Source: an uncultured virus (IMG/VR IMGVR_UViG_3300042691_054280)
Taxonomy: Duplodnaviria; Heunggongvirae; Uroviricota; Caudoviricetes; Crassvirales
Length of the DNA stretch: 64,000 nucleotides
Reading direction: 5' to 3' (one strand)
Virus record (IMG/VR): IMGVR_UViG_3300042691_054280
How positions within the stretch are numbered: position 1 is the stretch's first letter; every line of letters begins with the position of its first letter. Below the pieces are notes generated by a model. The model saw only the letters and a program-made list of their open reading frames with translations, was not told where the DNA came from and did not search any database. Positions 57,633 through 64,000 of the stretch are shown here, piece after piece. The position numbers and the translations under genes were made by a program.

Positions 57633-57955
57633 GGTGGTAAGTGTGTAAGAAGGTACTTACGAGTATCTTTCAGTTTACGGGAGTAGTAAATTTTGAACCA
57701 CCCGCGGTGTCCAAAAAAGATGATGATGTTCACTACTGTGGTACCAGTCAAAAGGTAAAAAGCAGCAAGAAGGCCGGCATTGAGAAGTCCTGGAGGAAAC
57801 ACCCCGACTGCAGGTCCGTATTGTTCTACAAGCCAACGGCTGATCCACACGATCGCGGCAATCATGAGGGGAAGTGTCCAGATAGCGTCCCATAATTGCA
57901 GCCAGCGAAGCACGGCCCAAGCTAGATTTTTGAAAAAGGATTTGATTTTCATCAT
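57551..57955 (-). CDS. holin-like multi-pass membrane protein
   Basis: 134 aa, about 3 TM segments; first gene of the lysis cassette; overlaps the endolysin. Confidence 0.6.
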   Translation of the reverse strand: MMKIKSFFKNLAWAVLRWLQLWDAIWTLPLMIAAIVWISRWLVEQYGPAVGVFPPGLLNAGLLAAFYLLTGTTVVNIIIFFGHRGWFKIYYSRKLKDTRKYLLTHLPPWLQLLFVPLYGAFLLVLFCCLVAALI

Positions 57956-57968
57956 AGTGAGTTTGGTA

Positions 57969-57999
57969 CAAATATAAGGGCCTCCTGCTCGTATGCAAG
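57969..57999 (-). promoter_or_regulatory. full sigma-A promoter for the lysis cassette
   Basis: Minus strand CTTG-19 nt-TATATTTG. Confidence 0.65.
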
Positions 58000-58005
58000 A
58001 GGCCC
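57970..58005 (-). terminator. intrinsic terminator after the 356-aa gene
   Basis: Minus strand GGGCCTCTTGC-ATACGA-GCAGGAGGCCC-TTATATTT, with one G-U pair. Confidence 0.7.
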
Positions 58006-58047
58006 CTCACTAAACCTTAACCAAATTCTACTCGAATGAGTAGTCAG

Positions 58048-59118
58048 TTACAAAAATACTACATTGTCCGGAGTCCGCATAGCAGGCTCGAACAAAAGTG
58101 TTCGGGTCTTCATGTCAAAGTAGGCATGGTAAATCAGGTTTTTACCCTGTGCCGGCAGCTCTTCAATTTGCAATTCGAGAATTGCGAATTCTCTGTCGTA
58201 CTGCGGAACAAATACCCGTGGATTTTGTTCATCACCAGACTGCATTGGCCCTACGAGTTCGCAAAGCCCATAATTTCCGGCTTCAGATCCTCCGTTTACT
58301 GCTGTTTCTTTGGTGCAATCGTTGTACATCTTCCAACGTGCCACATAATCACTTCCAGTTTTCCCCACAGCAGTGACGTAGTTTCCGTAACCTGTTCCCG
58401 AGAACGGTTTTCCATTGATGTAAACCTGCCCGGCGTACACGTTGAGGGAATCTCCGGAATTGAAGATTTCGAGAAATATACTTGTGATGTGTGTTTCCGG
58501 ATCACGCTCTACACCGTAGTAGTAATCAGTGTCCCACTGATAAATTGTCTCGACACTGACTTTGGCCATGGCTGCCAGCTCTTCAACTGCGAACTCTCTT
58601 CGGACAGTAATCTGTCGTGAGTTTGAAGCGCTTACCGGCCGTGTCGGGTCAAAGTTTGGGTTGGCTTCACGAACGAGAAACGTGTAGCTGTCTGGACGAC
58701 TTTGCATTTCGAACACCCATTTGCTCAGCTGCGGACTGAAATATACGTACATGCGTCCTTCCGGAGTAGTGTGGATTTTTGTAGTGCCATTTGTAGTCAT
58801 TGCAAACGACACTTCCGGATTTACCCATTCGAGTTTTCCGGTTTCCAGGTTTTCTCCAACGTAGGCGTAGTTGCGTTCGTGCTGATAGGTTTCTACGAAA
58901 TTCAATGCATAATCTCCGGCACGCTGATATTTGCTTTGTCGTACCACACGGTAGTACTGCAACTCGAGCTGACCAGTGGTTTGATTGCGTTTGCTCACTG
59001 GCTGCAGACCGAACGAGTTTACGCGCATTTCCTGCACTACTACATTGGCTAGTTTAGTGATAACATCTGTTTCAAGGCCTGACAGGCTTTTGATTTTTTC
59101 GATTTCTACTTGGGTCAT
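58048..59118 (-). CDS. hypothetical protein (possibly structural)
   Basis: 356-aa beta-rich ORF followed by a terminator. Confidence 0.7.
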   Translation of the reverse strand: MTQVEIEKIKSLSGLETDVITKLANVVVQEMRVNSFGLQPVSKRNQTTGQLELQYYRVVRQSKYQRAGDYALNFVETYQHERNYAYVGENLETGKLEWVNPEVSFAMTTNGTTKIHTTPEGRMYVYFSPQLSKWVFEMQSRPDSYTFLVREANPNFDPTRPVSASNSRQITVRREFAVEELAAMAKVSVETIYQWDTDYYYGVERDPETHITSIFLEIFNSGDSLNVYAGQVYINGKPFSGTGYGNYVTAVGKTGSDYVARWKMYNDCTKETAVNGGSEAGNYGLCELVGPMQSGDEQNPRVFVPQYDREFAILELQIEELPAQGKNLIYHAYFDMKTRTLLFEPAMRTPDNVVFL

Positions 59119-59149
59119 GGGTTATAGTTTTCAGCTAAAGTAGCCAATT

Positions 59150-59437
59150 TTATTCAATCGGTGGTTCTTCTACCGGAATTTCTGAATCCACCTCAAATTC
59201 GTTAGGACCTCTGATGATCGCGTTATACTGAGATAGCGTAAGAGTTGTAGTGGTTTCGACCCGGGCAGCAGCAGGAGGGAGGATTCCGTCGTTTATAACT
59301 ATTTGCTGCTTTGCTATAATCCTACTTTCTTCGACGCTGGCTGTAAAATCAGCATTTTCGGCCTGTCTGGTAAGAGTTACTCTGGCCAGCATTCCAGATG
59401 GATTTGTGTACGCTATTCTGAATTGGTAGTAGATCAT
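59150..59437 (-). CDS. hypothetical protein
   Basis: 95 aa; ATGA overlap with the fibre-like gene. Confidence 0.6.
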   Translation of the reverse strand: MIYYQFRIAYTNPSGMLARVTLTRQAENADFTASVEESRIIAKQQIVINDGILPPAAARVETTTTLTLSQYNAIIRGPNEFEVDSEIPVEEPPIE

Positions 59438-61056
59438 CGCTTCTGATTTAGTGACACTCCGAGCATGTGAGCTGTCCAGTTTTTTGGAGTCGTTCCAACT
59501 AGACTACTTATCCTTATTTTAGGATAGCCGGCAAAGTTGTTTGATACTCTTGTAAACCTGTAAACTGCAGAGTATGTAATTCCGTTAGTAGAACTGAAAA
59601 ACGTCACGTTTCCATTATTGCCATGGTTCCAGATCCCTAGATACTGTTTTGTAGTAGTCGCTACTGCAGTTACCACGTTTACAGCCAATCCTCCACCGGT
59701 ATTAATGACGTCAATTTCCCACACGTTTGCAAACGTAGCAAATGCTGGAGTTTTCCATATGTAACCATTCCCTACCCAACTTCCAGAGTTACTCTCAAGG
59801 CCTACCCCACAAACTACATCTTGCAAAGCAGTTGGAGTTGGGGTGGCATCTACAATGGCCAGCATAACCATCGGGAATTGACCATTCAAGTTTAAAGCAT
59901 TGTTACCACTTCCATGTCTGATTGCCATTCCCCCTACTGTATTACCAGTTACAGTTGAACCGGTGCTTAACTGCACACCACCCAGATCAAAGTTTCCAAG
60001 GTTACCGCTACTCTGTATTCCGGAAGCAGCTCCGGAAGATATCCAAGACATGTAGGTAGTACTGAATACAACAGTAGGGCTTACCCTGTTCTGAGGACCT
60101 GAAGTAAAGTGATCCACCACATCCAAACCTCCCCAATTACCATAAGACATTTGACTCCACCTGGTGCCGTTGTACAAAAACGTGATGTCCCGGCCAGGAA
60201 GTAAGAAGTAAGAAGTTTGATGTTGTAGCCTGAACCTGTTAGCTGCAGTACTCGTTGGAGAGTCGTGATCAATAATCAGCAGCTGATCAGTTGCCGCATT
60301 GACAATTGTAACCATTTGGCCGGCAACCCCATTTGTCAATCCCCCGATCGACACAATGTTATTGGCATTGGTCGGAGTAATCCGTATGACTTTTGTAATA
60401 GTCGTAGTTCCTGGCCAACCAGCTGGTGTGTAATTATCTTCCCGGGCATTCGCTGTACTCACCGAAATTACACCCGGGTCCGTAACCACAGTCAGATCAG
60501 CCAGAGTCAGCGCTCGAAATGTTGGGATTGCTGCACTACCTGAGCTAGGCCCTGCAAACACAAGATTGGCTGCCTGTGTATTGAGCCCAATTGTAATAGT
60601 CCCTGATGTGCTAATTGGATTTCCGGCAAGACTGAAAATAGACGGTACTGCCAAGTTTACACTTGTAACCGTACCCGTACCACCCGTCGGAAAAGTCTGC
60701 AGATTACCAGTCCCATCAATGTATTGTGCACTAGTGCCGGCTCCGGTAACCGTAAAAGTCCCTGATCCTACAACCGGACTGCCCACAACTGTAAAAGCCG
60801 GTGGAAGACTCAATCCGATCGTTCCGCCGCCTCCTGAAGAGTTTATTGTCAGGGTCCCATCCGAATTCTGAACAAGAGTTACATTACTACCGGCAACCAA
60901 CAAATCAGTCAAGTACTTGAACACAAACGTTTTTGGACGTGATGTCTTCGAGTAAGCCGTAAGTATTTGATTGTGCCGAATGTTATCCGGACGATCGACA
61001 TTAAAGTTCGACTTATCCAGATCGATCAGATCTTTCAGGCTCAGCGATTTTGCCAT
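59434..61056 (-). CDS. fibre-like structural protein
   Basis: 540 aa, Gly/Ser/Thr-rich; GTVTSVNL...GNPISTSGTIT...VFAGPSSGSAAIPTFRAL fibre repeats; beta-rich C-terminal domain. Confidence 0.7.
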   Translation of the reverse strand: MAKSLSLKDLIDLDKSNFNVDRPDNIRHNQILTAYSKTSRPKTFVFKYLTDLLVAGSNVTLVQNSDGTLTINSSGGGGTIGLSLPPAFTVVGSPVVGSGTFTVTGAGTSAQYIDGTGNLQTFPTGGTGTVTSVNLAVPSIFSLAGNPISTSGTITIGLNTQAANLVFAGPSSGSAAIPTFRALTLADLTVVTDPGVISVSTANAREDNYTPAGWPGTTTITKVIRITPTNANNIVSIGGLTNGVAGQMVTIVNAATDQLLIIDHDSPTSTAANRFRLQHQTSYFLLPGRDITFLYNGTRWSQMSYGNWGGLDVVDHFTSGPQNRVSPTVVFSTTYMSWISSGAASGIQSSGNLGNFDLGGVQLSTGSTVTGNTVGGMAIRHGSGNNALNLNGQFPMVMLAIVDATPTPTALQDVVCGVGLESNSGSWVGNGYIWKTPAFATFANVWEIDVINTGGGLAVNVVTAVATTTKQYLGIWNHGNNGNVTFFSSTNGITYSAVYRFTRVSNNFAGYPKIRISSLVGTTPKNWTAHMLGVSLNQKR

Positions 61057-61060
61057 ATTG

Positions 61061-61068
61061 CAAATCTA
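61061..61068 (-). promoter_or_regulatory. -7 box (TAGATTTG), 4 nt before the first late-module ATG
   Basis: Minus strand reads TAGATTTG-CAAT-ATG. Confidence 0.7.
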
Positions 61069-61376
61069 CGATGTTCTTTCCTTCTCGGGCACACCTCTCC
61101 CCTTGGGATTTTTGAGGTTTCACAACAGATTTTGTAAGGTGCCGTTTTGAGCCTTCGAGGGGGCATTTCTGTCAGCCTGTAGCCTTATTCCCTCCCACCC
61201 TACTATACTATTGCCGTTTTTGCTCCTATCGGGGACAACTTCCAGTAACTATGTAGGTAAAACGTTACCGGTAGAACCCGACTTCTGCCCCTCTAACTAC
61301 CTGACTGGCCATCAAGGGGGATCGATTGGAATCGGAAGCAGTGCCAAATATACTCCAAAAAATTTCTCGAGCAACA

Positions 61377-61407
61377 CTTGACTTTCAAAAAATATTGATT
61401 ACATTTG
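61377..61407 (+). promoter_or_regulatory. full Bacteroidota sigma-A promoter
   Basis: CTTG-19 nt-TACATTTG; closely resembles the groES promoter. Confidence 0.75.
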
Positions 61408-61410
61408 TAT

Positions 61411-61481
61411 CCCACTCTACATATACGGCCATCGTATGTGAACCGAACTAGCCCTGAATCAGCCCGGGGCTTTTTCGTTTT
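61411..61481 (+). ncRNA. candidate ~70-nt two-hairpin small RNA
   Basis: Promoter, then hairpin CATATACG-GCCAT-CGTATGTG, AACCGAA linker, and terminator AGCCCTG-8nt-CGGGGCT-TTTT; no ORF. Confidence 0.65.
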
Positions 61482-61657
61482 CTGGACTTTCCATTCCGGC
61501 AAGGCTTTCAGAGAACTCACCTCCCAAAATTTTCCCCAAAATTTTTTTCGGAACCGGTTTTGAAAATTTGATCTGTGGTTTTGAGTGTGGGTACCTACGT
61601 ATTCAAAGACCCCGGCTAACAAGGGAGCGGGCAAACATCCCCCGTTCCCAACAAACC

Positions 61658-61813
61658 ATGTGGACAGTTTTCCTCTCGCCGAAAACCGGCATTCTCATCT
61701 TCACTCAACGTCAATGGACCAAGGACGGTCCCGTTGAGTCCAAGATCTACGTCGATCCCAACGACAAGGATCGAGCAAAGGCCGAGGCCTTTGCAGCGAC
61801 GCTCAACCCATAA
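61658..61813 (+). CDS. 51-aa protein, first gene of the + strand early-type block
   Basis: ATG after an A/C-rich leader (ACAAACC); GC3-rich codons; flanked by hairpins. Confidence 0.55.
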   Translation: MWTVFLSPKTGILIFTQRQWTKDGPVESKIYVDPNDKDRAKAEAFAATLNP

Positions 61814-61814
61814 G

Positions 61815-62460
61815 GGTTGGGCTTCGCCCATTGGGGGCAAGTCTGAATTAACTACGGTTAGTTCAGGCTTGCTCTTTGTCCTAGAACTGTAGTACAAGAG
61901 ACTAGGGTAAGCTCCCTTACACTTGTTGTACAAAGTGATACAATTACATTGGCTTATTGTTATGATTGTTTGTGAAGGCAATCATCAATGTAGTATTACA
62001 GTTCACTCTTCTGCCTGGCTTGGGTGAGTACTTTGTATTCACTCAAGCTATGGCATTTGGGTTCTGAGTTAACAACTGAGTTAGCTTCCGAGTTATATCG
62101 TGAGTTAAGTTGTGAGTTGACCAGGAATCCCTTCACCATTTTCGAGGTCTCAGCCATACCTCGAATTCCAAATGGTTATTCTATGGCACTTTAACTAACC
62201 TAACCAATAGCCTGGTGGCATCACTGGCAGTTTTCAACTCAGCCTCGAGCAAGCTGAGCCATTTTACACAAACTACTAGCTCTCTAATTAACTCTTTAAC
62301 CTCTCACAGATGAAAGAACTTATTAAAGTCTGTGACCATGGCACAGATCGGGATAGCTGGTAGTCCTTACCCAAACTCTATCACTCAGCATAAAGCAGAT
62401 TCTCCGCGATCTGTGTCTCGTTAATAGCCCGAGATTATGCTGGTGATAGAGTTTACTTTG
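61815..62460 (+). ncRNA. candidate structured RNA tract
   Basis: At least six long stems whose mismatches are G-U on the + strand; cUACGg and GUGA tetraloops; no ORF of 60 aa or more on + in the track. Confidence 0.5.
62064..62120. repeat. five GAGTT(A/G) cores at exact 12-bp period
   Basis: GAGTT at 62066, 62078, 62090, 62102 and 62114 with variable spacers. Confidence 0.9.
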
Positions 62461-62482
62461 TATTCCACTTAACTTCAATTAC

Positions 62483-62821
62483 ATGAAACCACGGTACTGG
62501 AAATACTACTGCATTTTAAACGGTGATTCAGAGGTAAAAGTGTATCGACATATAGTTGAAGGCAACAATGTCAATCATCTTAAACCTTTGAAAGGTGCAA
62601 ACAGACAAGCAAAAGAGCTTGTAACAGTGATTACTGTCAAAGTTCCCATGGAGACATTTGAAGCCTTCAAAGAAATGTTTGACTCTTCTGGACTTCAAAC
62701 AGATGATCGGTTTTTCACTGCATCTTTTGGTCTGCATAAAAGGCCAATTGCAATGGAGTGGGAAAAAATCAAATCTGAAATTCTACAAAAATTTCCTTTA
62801 ACACCAATTCTTACATCATGA
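62483..62821 (+). CDS. hypothetical early protein
   Basis: 112-aa ORF with an AT-rich leader. Confidence 0.6.
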   Translation: MKPRYWKYYCILNGDSEVKVYRHIVEGNNVNHLKPLKGANRQAKELVTVITVKVPMETFEAFKEMFDSSGLQTDDRFFTASFGLHKRPIAMEWEKIKSEILQKFPLTPILTS

Positions 62822-62952
62822 AAAAACTCATCCTTTTGGTACTCGTTGCTATCATGGCTACATCGTGCGCTACTACTAAGCGTGGCTATGATTACAAAGC
62901 GCACCAAAAACGTTCTCAGCAATTCAAGAAGCATGCTGGGTGCTGGCATTAA
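62818..62952 (+). CDS. 44-aa lipoprotein
   Basis: MKKLILLVLVAIMATSC lipobox; ATGA overlap; not in the ORF track. Confidence 0.7.
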   Translation: MKKLILLVLVAIMATSCATTKRGYDYKAHQKRSQQFKKHAGCWH

Positions 62953-62981
62953 TCTGCTTCTCAACCAAATTCCATCTCACA

Positions 62982-63245
62982 ATGAAAAAGATTTTGCTCT
63001 TTCTTCTGCTTTTGGCCGGCATGGCCTCTTGCAACATTAATCCGGAACGTCCTGTCCGGATTCTCTACACAGGTGAAAAAGCCTTTGTGGAATTGCCTCA
63101 CGATTTGTATCGGCCAACCGATACATTAGTTGTGACCTATGATGTCCCACTGGACAAATGGAAAGTGGACACTTACTGGCAAAAATTTGCCGGTAACCGC
63201 AATCCAAGCGGAACGTGTTTCAAAGCAGTATTCATCCAAAACTAA
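62982..63245 (+). CDS. small lipoprotein
   Basis: MKKILLFLLLLAGMASC lipobox; start re-assigned. Confidence 0.75.
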   Translation: MKKILLFLLLLAGMASCNINPERPVRILYTGEKAFVELPHDLYRPTDTLVVTYDVPLDKWKVDTYWQKFAGNRNPSGTCFKAVFIQN

Positions 63246-63253
63246 ATACTGCA

Positions 63254-63472
63254 ATGAACATTACTATTCTCAGACCGTATTATCTTAACGGTCGAACCGA
63301 GTTCCTGAAAGTAGGCGCTGTGGTTGCGGATAATGCTGAACAAGCAATCCGCGGGATGAGCCGCCGGTTCAATCGTACTACTGCCCATCCAATTGAGGAT
63401 GGGATTGTACTCGGTTTCCCTGACGGAAGCCGCTATCAGGTCCACGACGAACAGCTGCTCCCTGTCACGTGA
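63254..63472 (+). CDS. hypothetical protein
   Basis: Start re-assigned to MNITILRP. Confidence 0.55.
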   Translation: MNITILRPYYLNGRTEFLKVGAVVADNAEQAIRGMSRRFNRTTAHPIEDGIVLGFPDGSRYQVHDEQLLPVT

Positions 63473-63548
63473 ACCTACCATTTTCAAAAGCCTCGGTGAT
63501 AGCAATATCACTGGGGCTTTGCTTTATTCACCAATTTTCTCTCTCCAA

Positions 63549-63878
63549 ATGAAAACAAATCTTTACGAAGCCGATTCTTATCTTGCCAATGCGCGGGATA
63601 AGATCGCAACCAAGCACAATCGAAAAATTCTGACTTGGTTCACATTGAATCTGATCGTTATGATCACATTCTGCATTTTTATGGCCATGCATGTCAAAAA
63701 CAATGACATTCCTGGTTGGCTGGGCTTTCTCCTCTTTGTTGTAGGAGTATATCAGGCAGTATTGACTGCTGAACTTGCACTCAAATTGCAGGTAAAAAGA
63801 CGAAAGAGTAAATCGACTCTCATACGTAATAAACCCAGCCAGACAGAAGTGAAGCTCAAGCATTGGCTTCCAAATTGA
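63549..63878 (+). CDS. 2-TM membrane protein
   Basis: Start re-assigned to MKTNLYE; two hydrophobic helices and a basic tail. Confidence 0.6.
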   Translation: MKTNLYEADSYLANARDKIATKHNRKILTWFTLNLIVMITFCIFMAMHVKNNDIPGWLGFLLFVVGVYQAVLTAELALKLQVKRRKSKSTLIRNKPSQTEVKLKHWLPN

Positions 63879-64000
63879 CAAAAGTCTGGGGCTGGGAGAG
63901 GTACTCGTTCCCGGCGAGGATGGAATTCAGCACTCCATACACCTCTTCACGATTTTTTATGTGAGTTTCAACCGCTACACGTAAGAATCTGAGCATCATA

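Noticed and set aside
10069..60871. Numerous + strand ORFs of 60-214 aa in the late module
   Set aside because: All are antisense to well-supported - strand genes and lack recognisable motifs.
61293..61981. Minus-strand ORFs 61293-61634 and 61616-61981
   Set aside because: They cross promoter, terminator and A-tract elements and the + strand 51-aa gene; composition is not protein-like.
62064..62120. Mini-CRISPR interpretation of the 12-bp array
   Set aside because: The 5-6 bp core and ~6 bp spacers are far too short.
63884..63938. tRNA-like element ending in CCA
   Set aside because: Only about 55 nt, with no cloverleaf and no proper T-loop.
1..64000. Stop-codon reassignment, known in some Crassvirales
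   Set aside because: Giant ORFs are intact under the standard code, and TAA, TGA and TAG all end genes at tight junctions.

Overview
This window is a 64-kb slice of a Crassvirales (crAss-like) lytic phage genome, read in the standard genetic code, with a probable Bacteroidota host. Three blocks are visible. (1) 1-9.7 kb, + strand: the end of the replication/accessory module (primase, PD-(D/E)xK nuclease, rIIA/rIIB, 5'-3' exonuclease, uracil-DNA glycosylase, YopX, small membrane proteins), ending at a bidirectional terminator. (2) 9.8-61.1 kb, - strand: the late module. In transcription order it holds a fibre-like protein, lysis cassette, GroES, HU/IHF-like proteins, terminase, portal, scaffold-like protein, major capsid, ring/hub/muzzle tail proteins, and five cargo proteins including a 2392-aa virion RNA polymerase with a DFDVD motif. 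(3) 61.1-64 kb: a divergent, largely non-coding switch region followed by small + strand early-type genes. The best leads are: a promoter- and terminator-bounded ~70-nt sRNA; a ~650-nt hairpin-dense non-coding tract with G-U pairs and UNCG/GNRA loops; a 12-bp-period repeat array; Bacteroidota-type TAnnTTTG boxes placed exactly 4 nt before four structural-gene ATGs (possible leaderless mRNAs); terminal cysteines that could chain the three giant cargo proteins head-to-tail; and a lipoprotein CHAP endolysin. All calls come from reading motifs and gene order by eye; no database search was run.
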